A stretch of DNA of 64,000 nt. Source: an uncultured Gammaproteobacteria bacterium (GTDB lineage: Bacteria > Patescibacteriota > Patescibacteriia > UBA9934 > CAZDDW01). Position 1 is the first letter of the stretch. Each line of letters starts with the position of its first letter. Below, one piece after another: positions 37,441 through 47,483 of this stretch. The translations under genes were made by a program, and so were the position numbers. The notes beneath the pieces are model-generated. The model was not told the DNA's origin and did not search any database. It worked only from the letters and a program-made list of their open reading frames with translations. The stretch spans positions 857,908 to 921,907 of the forward strand of contig OZ246408.1 of the NCBI GenBank assembly GCA_965231015.1, read 5' to 3'.

Positions 37441-37477
37441 GCATTGATATTATAACATATATTTAGCTAAATCAAGG

Positions 37478-37505
37478 ACTAAAATAGAGGGTTTATACCC
37501 CTCTA
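37478..37505 (-). terminator. rho-independent terminator downstream of the M20 peptidase gene
   Basis: AUAGAGGG-loop-CCCUCUAU hairpin followed by UUUUAGUCC on minus strand. Confidence 0.5.
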
Positions 37506-37543
37506 TTCCACAACTTTTTCCCCAGGTTTATCAACAGCTAAAC

Positions 37544-38635
37544 TTATTTTTGACTGGACCTATGCTTAAGAAAAGCTTCAATGAATTTAGCCAACCGAAC
37601 CAATTGACGCACCGGCTGCTCCTCAAAACGGCTGTGCATTTTACGCGCACCATACCCGGTATTAACTGTTACGATTCCCTTGCCATTAAAAATATTGGCA
37701 TCGGCTCCGGCGTTAGAAACATTCTGTTTTGTCTTCCATCCAAGCAACTTGTGAACTGAACGGATTTCTTTAATCAGTGGATCAGTCATTTTAAACTGAT
37801 AGCCGGGTAGCTCGAAACTGACCTCGAGCTTCGAGCTAACCACATGTTGTTTTTTGATTCGAAACAACTCGGCCTTTACCTTGTTGTTTAATTGATCAAG
37901 TCTTGTTTTACGAAGGCTCCGAATTTCCCCCCTCACCATACACTCATCCGGAACAATATTACTCGCTTCCCCCCCTTCGATCCGACCAAAGTTCATGGTT
38001 GTATCTTTATCGACACGACCAAGTTTGAAACTTGATATAAAATCAGCGGCAGCAGCAATAGCGTTACGTCCGTCTTCCGGATGTGCCCCGGCGTGAGCAG
38101 ATTTGCCTTTGAAGTTCACGGTGAACATGGTGGCATAGGGTGAAGCCAGAACTACAGTCGGCACATCAGTTCCGCGATCAAAACACAAAGCTTGTTTTGA
38201 TTTCAATTTGGAAGTGTCTAGCTCGCGGGCTCCAAACAAACCAATCTCCTCTTGAACCGTAATAACGATTTCGGTTGCTGGAAACTTTTCACCGTCTTCC
38301 TTAAGCGAAGTCAGGGCCTCAATAATTCCAGCTATAGCAGATTTATTATCCGCGCCACAAACTCCCTTGCCCCAGTTACCAATCACCCCATTACGAACGG
38401 TCGGAGTTGACCCACCGTTATTTAAAACTGTATCCATGTGCGCAGCCAGCATAATAGGTCGTCCAGAACCATTAATCTTCCCAATAATGTTTCCCATCTT
38501 GTCCTGACAGAGAGAATTACAAAACGGCTTTAACTGCCGCATAATTTCTTTGGCAATCTTAGCTTCTTTAAGTGAGGGACTATCAATCCCTCCGAGTTTA
38601 ATGAAATTTTTAGTGATTCGTTTTTGGTTGATCAT
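37544..38635 (-). CDS. M20-family metallopeptidase (peptidase T / tripeptidase-like); start at MINQKR
   Basis: HMDTV, GADNKS, EEIG metal-binding motifs. Confidence 0.8.
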   Translation of the reverse strand: MINQKRITKNFIKLGGIDSPSLKEAKIAKEIMRQLKPFCNSLCQDKMGNIIGKINGSGRPIMLAAHMDTVLNNGGSTPTVRNGVIGNWGKGVCGADNKSAIAGIIEALTSLKEDGEKFPATEIVITVQEEIGLFGARELDTSKLKSKQALCFDRGTDVPTVVLASPYATMFTVNFKGKSAHAGAHPEDGRNAIAAAADFISSFKLGRVDKDTTMNFGRIEGGEASNIVPDECMVRGEIRSLRKTRLDQLNNKVKAELFRIKKQHVVSSKLEVSFELPGYQFKMTDPLIKEIRSVHKLLGWKTKQNVSNAGADANIFNGKGIVTVNTGYGARKMHSRFEEQPVRQLVRLAKFIEAFLKHRSSQK

Positions 38636-38643
38636 AGTTTTAA

Positions 38644-38672
38644 AAAGTAGATGGCTGCGCGCAGTGGGCCTA
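38644..38672 (-). terminator. GC hairpin (GCUGCGCG...CGCGCAGC) + U-run downstream of ATP-grasp-like gene
   Basis: inverted repeat 38644-38672 followed on minus strand by CAUCUACUUUUUAAAA. Confidence 0.4.
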
Positions 38673-38748
38673 CTACGCGCAGCCGGAGGATCGAGACGAA
38701 GGAGAGTTACACCTCGTATCTTCACTATAGCACAGCGGGGCGCTTTGG

Positions 38749-40068
38749 CTAAGGAGTGAGTTCTGATTGATCAGCTTGTTCGACTTCGAGAGCATAGAGC
38801 TCCTGAAGCGATCCGGCGATCATGTACATGCTAACCTTGCCCTCAGCAAGTGAAGCCGCATTTGCCAAAGCAATCCCGGGCTTTCCATCACCCTGATAAG
38901 CTCGGCCATTCAAAACATTATCCACCACGTCCTTGTAGGCCATGCCTTTTGGAACCTGGGTGTTCAGAAGCGTCACCGCCACGTTGCCACCGAAGCGATC
39001 AATGACCTGCATGGCACAAGCCGCCGCACTGTCAGCCGCGATCTTGCGAGCGTTGACTTCGAGCACGAAGACAACAACCTCGCCTGCGTGGTGCACCACG
39101 ATCAGATCGACTCCGATAGTGCGTGGACGATCAACCCCAATGCCGAGCTGAACCGCCTGCCGACCGATCACGTCTACAATGGGTCGGGCGACGATCCATT
39201 CCTTGGCCGGAATAACAGACTCGCCAAACGCGGTACGGTCACCAATGTGGGCGTCTCCGTCCGTGAGCTGTTCGGCCGAAAACAACACCCGATGTCGATC
39301 CTTTTCTACGAGAAGCACCACGGCTACCTCGTGCATGTCAAAGCGGTCTCGCGGATATCCAGCCTCAGCAATCAACCCGTGGTGCAGGTGAGTACGCAGA
39401 AAATCACTAACTTCGGCCCTGTCCTTCTCCGGAGTCCATCGAAGGATACCATCTCCCCCATCAAAGCCCGGTCGCTTCAAAAAGATGGTGTCCGTCTCGG
39501 GCAAACCACGATCGGCCACGTCATGCTCAATGAGACGGCGCACTCGTTTGATCTCTTCGATCGTGCTCACAAAACGCCAAGGAGCAAATACTCCGGTTCC
39601 GTTGGCAAGCACTCGAGCTTCCAATTTATCATCGAGCTTGACGGCAATCTTGGGGTGAGGCGCAGTGATCTGTTCGGGACGCAGACCAAGTGCCTGGGGT
39701 AGCTGCTCAACATCACGACGGATGAAAAAGTCCAAGTCATGTCCGGCTTCAGTAAAACTCTGCATGATTCGCAGTAATTCCGGTGAGTCGGTAATAGCCT
39801 GGCTGATGTTAGCCTCACTAACCAGGATGAGATCTTTGGCCCCGACCTGCATTCGCTGATGATCAGTATGACAGGCCTCGATGTTTGATCGGGCTTGTTC
39901 ATTTGCTACACAGACCGCGGCTACATGCGGGTAGATCATACCGCGGCTCGGGTACCCGGGCAGAAGTCCCGAGATCCCGTGCAGAAAATGAAACGGATAC
40001 ATGTCGTGAACGTGCACCTCGGGATTGAGATACACCTGATCCAACAAGGCTCGTTTGTTAGAATCCAT
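38749..40068 (-). CDS. ATP-grasp-like protein (putative carboxylate-amine ligase); start at MDSNKR
   Basis: C-terminal LIVVHHAGEVVVFVLEVNARK resembles ATP-grasp Mg/ATP-binding strand (vlEvN). Confidence 0.4.
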   Translation of the reverse strand: MDSNKRALLDQVYLNPEVHVHDMYPFHFLHGISGLLPGYPSRGMIYPHVAAVCVANEQARSNIEACHTDHQRMQVGAKDLILVSEANISQAITDSPELLRIMQSFTEAGHDLDFFIRRDVEQLPQALGLRPEQITAPHPKIAVKLDDKLEARVLANGTGVFAPWRFVSTIEEIKRVRRLIEHDVADRGLPETDTIFLKRPGFDGGDGILRWTPEKDRAEVSDFLRTHLHHGLIAEAGYPRDRFDMHEVAVVLLVEKDRHRVLFSAEQLTDGDAHIGDRTAFGESVIPAKEWIVARPIVDVIGRQAVQLGIGVDRPRTIGVDLIVVHHAGEVVVFVLEVNARKIAADSAAACAMQVIDRFGGNVAVTLLNTQVPKGMAYKDVVDNVLNGRAYQGDGKPGIALANAASLAEGKVSMYMIAGSLQELYALEVEQADQSELTP

Positions 40069-40227
40069 GTTATTCTGGGCCCCCTGTTTTGTTGTATGGT
40101 CCTTGACTTTTAACAAAGTCACAAATAAGTAAAAACAATTTTTAACCATTTGTGAATTTGTTAAACAGTCGGCCGCGGACTCAAGGTTCATTTATGAAAC
40201 CCTGGGTCCGCGAACCGAGAAGACTAG

Positions 40228-41469
40228 TCACCAGTTGAGCTCGGCGTGACGCTCGTACACCGCATCCCGCACCCGAGCCATGCTGTCAAAATCCGGACCA
40301 AAAGTCGCGAAGTAACAACTTCCGCACTGTGGCAGGAAGTTATAAGGGACAAGCCCGAGCCGGGTCTGCACGGTGAGCAACTGATCTGCGAAGGCGTTCA
40401 GAATCTCGGAGTAGTCAATGTCCTGCGGAATCTTCATGTTGCGATTATCAAAAGCCGCCACCCGACCGTACAGGAAATAGCTGGCCGTCACCGGATAGTA
40501 GGTGGCCGTGGCTCGACCATCGACCTCGCAGGTGGCCACCTCCCCGGTCGTGAAGTTGATCATGTGGTCAGCCCCACCGCGGCCGAAAAAACCCATTGCC
40601 TTCAAACACGCAATAGACTTTTCCGTAGCACACATGACCTTCTTGTAGATCTTGGACGGCAGATTCTTTGGCAAAGTGAAGCTACCGGCGAAATCCGTTT
40701 CGTCACCATCGGTCAAGATGTGCTGACCAAATACACCAAGAATCTCATGGGCTCCCCTCGGGTAAATTACGAACGGGGTCGAGATATCCTGGTCGTGCGG
40801 GAAGTATTCCTGAACCACTACCAGTTCGTCAGTCAGATTTCTGAGTCGCTCATCCTCTTCGCTCGTGACATTGAACTGTCCAAGACTGCTAGCCTGGCTG
40901 GTCGGCTTGATTCGTACCTTCTCGAAACGCCCAAGACTGAGCAAGTGGCGCACGAGTGAGCCAACATGAGCCGGTGTGGTGAAACCGCCCACCGGCACCC
41001 GCAGACCCTTAATGCTCCGACCTACCGTTTTGAAACCAGCTCCGTTTCGAAAATAGCACTCACCCATATTCTGCTGAAACACATCCTTGCTGTTGGCCTG
41101 CCGGCATGTTTTGAACGGCGGCAAGTTCACAGGTACATCCAGCCAACAAAATGCTTCACGTAGCCGTGTGGTACGACCGGAAAAAAATTCAATGTCAGAC
41201 CGGCGAAGCACCTCCAAATGGGCTTGCTTTTCCACAGACACGCTCCGACTCAATCCGGCATCATGAATTCGCAGTCGAATGAGGTGATCTGGCGGACAGC
41301 AAAGACCAAGTGAAGCCAAATGAGGCAGTTCGGGCAAATCGTCCTCTCCGACCACCAACAGATAATTGTTTGGCCCAGTCGCTATCGCGGCTCGACGCCA
41401 GTACTCCATCAACTGCCAAGGCATGTTGTCGATAGAATCGACAGTATCATGAGCCAACACGATGGTCAT
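40228..41469 (-). CDS. second ATP-grasp-like / GspS-like hypothetical protein; start at MTIVLAHD
   Basis: ELVVVQEYF and GADHMINFTTGEVATCEVDGR segments reminiscent of ATP-grasp core; weak. Confidence 0.35.
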   Translation of the reverse strand: MTIVLAHDTVDSIDNMPWQLMEYWRRAAIATGPNNYLLVVGEDDLPELPHLASLGLCCPPDHLIRLRIHDAGLSRSVSVEKQAHLEVLRRSDIEFFSGRTTRLREAFCWLDVPVNLPPFKTCRQANSKDVFQQNMGECYFRNGAGFKTVGRSIKGLRVPVGGFTTPAHVGSLVRHLLSLGRFEKVRIKPTSQASSLGQFNVTSEEDERLRNLTDELVVVQEYFPHDQDISTPFVIYPRGAHEILGVFGQHILTDGDETDFAGSFTLPKNLPSKIYKKVMCATEKSIACLKAMGFFGRGGADHMINFTTGEVATCEVDGRATATYYPVTASYFLYGRVAAFDNRNMKIPQDIDYSEILNAFADQLLTVQTRLGLVPYNFLPQCGSCYFATFGPDFDSMARVRDAVYERHAELNW

Positions 41470-41919
41470 TAAAACCCCCTGGTGATTAGTTGTATTTAAA
41501 AGAGCAAGATTACTCTCCCCAAGTGAAGACGCGCTCAAATGGGGCACCGATTCCCGTTAGAAGGGACGAGCGCTTGTAAAAAGCTGCTCAGCCAGTTCGA
41601 CTGGCATTGGTGAACACGTCTTCGCTTGGAAAGGCCACTTAGTAAAACAAAACTGCCGCACTTCATTTAGCGCGGCAGTTGAAATCAAACTAACAGGAAC
41701 TAGTTTATTCAACCACCGACGCACCAATGACAAAGTAAAAAGCGCGGCAATTGTGCCAGAGCATAATGGTCTTGTCAATTGATACGTGGGAATTTTTCAT
41801 ATTTCAATGGATAAAATGATACCCTACGCTTAAATACGTGTCAAATAGGCTTATCTACACCTCTTGAAAAAAATACACATATGGACTATAATGAGGCCAA
41901 AATTAGATATACTCTATTT

Positions 41920-42516
41920 ATGGCAAAAGACAGACCAAGCCCAAAACAGGAGACCACCTATCTAATGGTCAAGCCGGATGGTGTTCGTCGCGGCATCATT
42001 GGTGATATTGTAAAGCGAATTGAAGAACGTGGCCTTAAGATTGTTGCCATGCGCATGGAACAAGCTGACCACGACAAGATGGACAACCATTATCCTAAGG
42101 ATGAAGAGTGGATCGCTCGAGTTGGAGGAAAGACCTTGAAGACTTACGAAAAAGCCGGATGGGATGCTAACGAAGAACTCGGCACCGATGACCCGCTAGA
42201 AATTGGAAAAATGGTTCGAGGATGGTTGATTGACTTCATGACTTCAGCCCCAGTTGTAAAAATGGCTGTGCAAGGAGTCCGAGCCGTTGATATGGTTCGA
42301 AAAATTGCTGGACCGACTATTCCAGCTGACGCTGACATGGGAACCATTCGTGGTGACTACTCAATCGACAGTCCGTTGATCGCCAACGAAGAAAAACGAC
42401 CAATCTTGAACATTGTGCATGCGTCTGAAACACCAGAAGAAGCAGAGCACGAGTTGAAGCACTGGTTTGAAGAAGATGACATTTGCGAATACAGTCGCAT
42501 GGACGAGAACATGTAA
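41920..42516 (+). CDS. ndk: nucleoside diphosphate kinase with ~40-aa internal insertion
   Basis: TYLMVKPDGVRRGIIGDI, IRGDY, NIVHASE motifs. Confidence 0.85.
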   Translation: MAKDRPSPKQETTYLMVKPDGVRRGIIGDIVKRIEERGLKIVAMRMEQADHDKMDNHYPKDEEWIARVGGKTLKTYEKAGWDANEELGTDDPLEIGKMVRGWLIDFMTSAPVVKMAVQGVRAVDMVRKIAGPTIPADADMGTIRGDYSIDSPLIANEEKRPILNIVHASETPEEAEHELKHWFEEDDICEYSRMDENM

Positions 42517-42581
42517 GAATGTCAAATTGATAAATATCAAATGTCAAAAAAGGCGGGGTGCAAAACCTGTCTTTTTGGTTT

Positions 42582-44978
42582 CTAAAACATCAACGGGTTA
42601 GCTTTGACCGTATACTCTATCCCGTCGGTAATCATAAGAACGTCTCCGTCTATGTCTGTTCGATATAATTTTGTTTCGTTGTTTTGATACCGAGCTACAA
42701 CTGCCGGATGCGGGTGACCGTATGAATTCTCGCCTACTGTAATGACTCCAATCTCAGGATCAACCACTTGAATGAACTCGACTGAACTTGAAGTTAGGCT
42801 TCCTTGGTGTGGAACTTTCAGCACATCAACGTCTCCGATCGAATATGCAAGTTCGTTTTCCTGCTCAACATACATATCACCAGTCAGAAGTACTGAACTT
42901 TCTTCATAATCAACTCGCAATACTATTGAAGTCTCGTTAATATCCGAAGCATTTTTATTTTCAAATGATTCCTCTGGCCAAAGGGCTTGAATTGTAATTG
43001 AACCGATTGAGATGTCCTGTGGATAATCAACCAAGATGAGTTCAGACGGTTCAAGCTTCACTCGGCTCAACCATTCTTCATAAATATTTGATCCATAATT
43101 CACTCCGGTCATCACAATCTGATCTACCTGATAGCGTTCCAGTACCTCGACGAGTCCTGAAACGTGATCCGCATGCGGATGTGTAAGCACCACCATGTCA
43201 AGCGAACGATCCCAGGCCGGCATGACGGTCCCCAGTTTTGAAAGCACAACCTCGCCTGGTCCCCCGTCCACAAGGATCTGTTCCCCGTCCGGGGTTTCAA
43301 TGAAGATGGCGTCTCCTTGCCCGACGTCAAAAAACCAAACTCGCATTTTATCTCCGGTGTTTAAACTGGTTCCGGCTGTATCAAAAGACCCAAACAAGAT
43401 CGAGAAAATTATCAAAAAAGAAATTGAAACTGAAGCGAGGACCGGACGGCGCCGATCAATCACAGATTCATAATCAGGTTTTGGTTTTTGAAATAATATT
43501 CCAATCACTAATAACAATAACAAGGCAGCAAGCGCGGCCACAATTTCTTGAAATGGAATTTGCACCAAGGCGTTTGGAATAGCCGCAAACCAGCGAACAA
43601 CATAAAGCACGATCGAAAGAAGTGACCAAGCCGGAACAACCAAAATCGAAGCGACTCCAGTTGAAACAAAGCTCACAGCAATTGCTAAAGCCCCAAGAGC
43701 CATGGTGTACGGCACAAGTGGCAGCACAAGCAGATTAACCAGAACCGAAACTATCGAGACTGCTCCGAATTGCCAGATAAGAATCGGTAAAGACATGCCA
43801 GTGGCTGCAACTGTGGAGACAATGGCTTCACGAAAACCGCCGGTCGTCGGAATGAATTGGAACCAGTGCTCAATACGCGGCACAAGTAACACGAGTCCGA
43901 TGGTGGAAACAAATGAGAGTTGGAACCCAACATCATCGAGCAATAGGTACGGATTCACTGCAAGCATCACCACCGCAGTGAGCGCCAGAATGTTTCGCAC
44001 TGACGCTGTTGAACTCGCGCGTCCCAGACCACGACCAAACAAAACTACGAGCCCCATGATTCCAGCACGTGTCACAGCTGGATCCAATCCGCTCATGATC
44101 ACGTAGATCCCGATCATGGCTGCCACAATAGCGAGCGCGGTTTTGCGACGAAACACCAGAGCCACGAGAGCCAAAAACAAAAAACGAGAAAAGATTGAGA
44201 CATTGTAACCCGATGCGGCGAGAATGTGCGAGGTGCCAGTTGATACAAAGTCATCGCGAATGTCGGATGAGAGTGAGCCCTTGCCTCCGAATAATAACCC
44301 GGCAAGAAAGGTTGACTGTGGTTCTGAAAAAATTTGCTCAGTTTTGTTGAGCACGCTACGTTTGAAACCAAAAATTACTCCGCGCCAACCGTCACTGGTT
44401 CTTTCTTGAATACTTAAAGATTCCGGTCGCCAACAAACCGCCAACACCCCACGTGAACGCAAATATTTGTCATAAGCAAACCCTTCAAACGGCTCTGGAA
44501 CTTCTAGCTGACACCGAAAAGCAATCTGGTCTTCGTATTCAAGCTGCGGATACTTGGGAGCCCAAATCATTACTTGCCCAAGCGAATGAGTCTGACCAAT
44601 TACAACATCATCAATCACCACCTGCTGAGCTTCTGCCTTTTCAACCACTTCATCTGAAATTATCCCCTCAACCCTTATCTGACGATTCACAGAGTCAGAC
44701 ACAAGATTAGCTTCAACTGGAAATGAGGTTTCGGAAAAACGCCACAGACCCAAAATAAAAAATAAGCACACAAGCAACAAGACTCGGGCTGGCTTATTGG
44801 ACCACATAATAATTACAACTGCTGCAATAATAAAAATCGGTACAATCAACCAAAGGCTTGGCAGAGCAACCTCATTTAATGCCCCGATCAATATTCCAAA
44901 CAAAAAACCAAGCAGCACTACAAAGAGTGACTTGGACTTAGAATTAACCATGTCGTAAACCCATTCCTTCATAATCAA
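42582..44978 (-). CDS. comEC: ComEC/Rec2-family DNA internalisation protein (membrane competence domain + metallo-beta-lactamase domain)
   Basis: multiple TM helices; VLTHPHADHVSGL HxHxDH motif. Confidence 0.85.
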   Translation of the reverse strand: MIMKEWVYDMVNSKSKSLFVVLLGFLFGILIGALNEVALPSLWLIVPIFIIAAVVIIMWSNKPARVLLLVCLFFILGLWRFSETSFPVEANLVSDSVNRQIRVEGIISDEVVEKAEAQQVVIDDVVIGQTHSLGQVMIWAPKYPQLEYEDQIAFRCQLEVPEPFEGFAYDKYLRSRGVLAVCWRPESLSIQERTSDGWRGVIFGFKRSVLNKTEQIFSEPQSTFLAGLLFGGKGSLSSDIRDDFVSTGTSHILAASGYNVSIFSRFLFLALVALVFRRKTALAIVAAMIGIYVIMSGLDPAVTRAGIMGLVVLFGRGLGRASSTASVRNILALTAVVMLAVNPYLLLDDVGFQLSFVSTIGLVLLVPRIEHWFQFIPTTGGFREAIVSTVAATGMSLPILIWQFGAVSIVSVLVNLLVLPLVPYTMALGALAIAVSFVSTGVASILVVPAWSLLSIVLYVVRWFAAIPNALVQIPFQEIVAALAALLLLLVIGILFQKPKPDYESVIDRRRPVLASVSISFLIIFSILFGSFDTAGTSLNTGDKMRVWFFDVGQGDAIFIETPDGEQILVDGGPGEVVLSKLGTVMPAWDRSLDMVVLTHPHADHVSGLVEVLERYQVDQIVMTGVNYGSNIYEEWLSRVKLEPSELILVDYPQDISIGSITIQALWPEESFENKNASDINETSIVLRVDYEESSVLLTGDMYVEQENELAYSIGDVDVLKVPHQGSLTSSSVEFIQVVDPEIGVITVGENSYGHPHPAVVARYQNNETKLYRTDIDGDVLMITDGIEYTVKANPLMF

Positions 44979-46263
44979 TCTCTGACTCTGAAAGTCCTAA
45001 ATCAGACAACAAATTCTTCCCATCAATCACCACCGGTTGATTCATTGACTCTGCTATTTTTTGAAAATCAACCGCTCGGAACTCCGGCCATTCGGTTAAC
45101 ACGAGTAATACATCAGCTTTATTAGCCGCCTCAAACGCACTTTGTGCGTATTCGATTCGAGAACCGAAAATTTTTCGCGCATTGTTTTCAGCTTGCGGGT
45201 CATAAGCCACAATATCAGCCCCGTCTGCATAACATTTCGAGATCACGTCAATCGCCGCAGACTCACGAACATCATCCGTTCCATTTTTAAAAGCCAACCC
45301 CCAAACCGCAATTCGCCTTCCGTTTAAGTCACCTATTTTAGACCGAACTTTCGAAACAAAACGCTCTCGTTGTCGGTTATTCACCTCAATAACTGAACCA
45401 AGTAATTGAAAGTCATATCCATCTGAACCTGCTATCTGATACAGGGCTGAAACATCCTTGGGGAAGCAAGACCCGCCATAACCTATTCCGGCCTTTAAGA
45501 AGGACTCACCGATCCGTTTATCAAGCCCAATAGCGTGAGCGACTTCGCGCACGTCGGCTCCGTTTTGTTCTGCCACGTTAGCAATCTCGTTAATAAAACT
45601 GATCTTGGTAGCTAAAAATGCATTAGCTGCGTACTTGGCAAGTTCTGCTGATTCTGGACTCATCACCAGTTTAGTGCACTCAATGGGTTTATATAATTCC
45701 ATGATTAGGTCGCCTGCCCAAATCTCATCTACTCCGACCACTATTCGGTCCGGCTTGATAAAATCGTTGATAGCTGAACCTTCTCGTAAAAATTCTGGAT
45801 TCGATGCAACCACAATCGAGACCAACTTAGGATCCCGCCCAGCATCAGTTATGGCTTGATCGATTATCTTTTTAACCCTTCGAGAAGTCCCAACTGGCAC
45901 GGTTGATTTATCAATGACGTAAGCATTGTGATCAATATTCGATCCAATCTCGCGAGCCACGTTTTCTACAAAACTCAAATCTACTTTTCCGGTCTCAAGA
46001 GGTGGCGTGCCGACACAAATAAAAATAAAAGAGGCTTCATGCACTCCTTCGGCTAACGTCGTTGTAAATCGTAAGGTTTTATTTTTTACCCCCTCGGCTA
46101 CAAGCTCGGCTAAGCCCGGTTCATAAAACGGAACCTGACCGGCCTCGAGCTCGGCAATCTTTTCTTCATTATTATCAACACAAACTACCTTATGCCCAAA
46201 AGACGCCAAACACGCCCCGGTCACGAGTCCCACATATCCTGTACCAATGATTGCGATATCCAT
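44944..46263 (-). CDS. UDP-glucose/GDP-mannose 6-dehydrogenase family nucleotide-sugar dehydrogenase
   Basis: MDIAIIGTGYVGLVTGACLA Rossmann start; GGSCFPKD catalytic Cys motif. Confidence 0.85.
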   Translation of the reverse strand: MDIAIIGTGYVGLVTGACLASFGHKVVCVDNNEEKIAELEAGQVPFYEPGLAELVAEGVKNKTLRFTTTLAEGVHEASFIFICVGTPPLETGKVDLSFVENVAREIGSNIDHNAYVIDKSTVPVGTSRRVKKIIDQAITDAGRDPKLVSIVVASNPEFLREGSAINDFIKPDRIVVGVDEIWAGDLIMELYKPIECTKLVMSPESAELAKYAANAFLATKISFINEIANVAEQNGADVREVAHAIGLDKRIGESFLKAGIGYGGSCFPKDVSALYQIAGSDGYDFQLLGSVIEVNNRQRERFVSKVRSKIGDLNGRRIAVWGLAFKNGTDDVRESAAIDVISKCYADGADIVAYDPQAENNARKIFGSRIEYAQSAFEAANKADVLLVLTEWPEFRAVDFQKIAESMNQPVVIDGKNLLSDLGLSESEIDYEGMGLRHG

Positions 46264-46297
46264 AGGCCGCCACCTTACCAAAAAAATTGACCCTCGT

Positions 46298-47479
46298 CTA
46301 ATCGAGCTGATTCATAAGAAGCGACGCAATCGCTCCGACAATAAAGGCAATGTAAAGTGGGACAAAAAGAAGCAGAACAAAAACGAGAGCAATCGAAATC
46401 ACGCGCCCCAGACAGATCGCCATTTCACGGATCACGGTATATTCGTCCACGTAATGTCCGGCGTCAGCCGCGCGTTCGTACATCAAAACATCAAAAGGTG
46501 TCCGTAGCACAATCAAAGCAAAATTATGAAAAGTGGAGGCAATGAAAATCGTAAAAGCAGTGTTGACGAACATCTTGGCCAGATAACCAAAAGCATACAA
46601 ACCAGAACCCCACTTCATCATTTTGTGACGAGGATGTTTGTCTGCCCAATTTCCCATTACAATACGCAAAATGACGCCAACCAGAACAATCACTGAAGTG
46701 AGCGCTCCAACCTCAAGATAGTTTCCCTGTAAGATCTCAAAAATAAACACCGGCCAAATCAATGCTCCCACAGTAATCTCGGCACCTTCTGCGGCGTAGG
46801 CCGTAACCATTCGTCGGTTCTTTTTACTAAAAAATTCTTTGAAGGTTTGCCAATAGGTAAAAGAATACTCTTCTTCAAACTTTTTTGTAAAAAAGAGCGG
46901 CATAATGGAAGAAATAATAATCGCAGCCGCAACCAAAAACAATGAATCATAATCGTACCAAGCCAGAATAAAGCCTGCCGCTAAAGGCATCACAACACTG
47001 ACCACTGAAGAAAGTCCATTTAGGAGTCCAAGGGTTCGACCTCGTTTTCCTTTTTCGGTCAACTCGGCAAACTCAGTGTGAAACGGAGTCCAATAAAGCA
47101 TCCGCCAAGCATTTTGCAAAACTGAAGCTGTGATCAAAAACCAAATCGCAAAATTGGGATCCCAAAAAGAAAAGACCAAATAGAAACCGGTCACAAATAC
47201 CACCGCCAACATTTTACTTGTTCGCAAACCGATCTTAGACATGATCATAGCACCGGGTGCCATCAAGAAAAAGCTTGCTAAAAATGTAAAGAAGTAGTAA
47301 CCGAGCAGGTAATCAGTCGAATTATTAAATTGCTCGTAAAGAAAGATTGGCAAGAACAGCCCGAGCAGACCGGCACCGATTTGAATGATCAACCGGTTAG
47401 AGTAGAGCAAAGATAGTCCCGGTGAAAGATGCGGGACTATATGAAAACGGCTGTATCCTTTTAATTTCCTCCAAGGCAT
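46298..47479 (-). CDS. MFS-type transporter
   Basis: ~12 hydrophobic segments. Confidence 0.7.
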   Translation of the reverse strand: MPWRKLKGYSRFHIVPHLSPGLSLLYSNRLIIQIGAGLLGLFLPIFLYEQFNNSTDYLLGYYFFTFLASFFLMAPGAMIMSKIGLRTSKMLAVVFVTGFYLVFSFWDPNFAIWFLITASVLQNAWRMLYWTPFHTEFAELTEKGKRGRTLGLLNGLSSVVSVVMPLAAGFILAWYDYDSLFLVAAAIIISSIMPLFFTKKFEEEYSFTYWQTFKEFFSKKNRRMVTAYAAEGAEITVGALIWPVFIFEILQGNYLEVGALTSVIVLVGVILRIVMGNWADKHPRHKMMKWGSGLYAFGYLAKMFVNTAFTIFIASTFHNFALIVLRTPFDVLMYERAADAGHYVDEYTVIREMAICLGRVISIALVFVLLLFVPLYIAFIVGAIASLLMNQLD

Positions 47480-47483
47480 TAAT

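Larger units (their letters stand above)
38640..41550. other. GC-rich island 3 (~50-58% GC) carrying two ATP-grasp-like genes
   Basis: composition shift relative to flanking M20 and ndk genes. Confidence 0.45.

Noticed and set aside
7300-41550. GC-rich islands as integrated mobile elements or prophage
   Set aside because: No integrase, transposase, att-like direct repeats or phage structural genes were detected. Horizontal origin remains an inference from composition only, and a chimeric assembly cannot be excluded from sequence alone
41557-41778. 73-aa minus-strand ORF upstream of ndk
   Set aside because: No RBS or family signal; lies in intergenic leader containing a hairpin (41651-41680); probably non-coding
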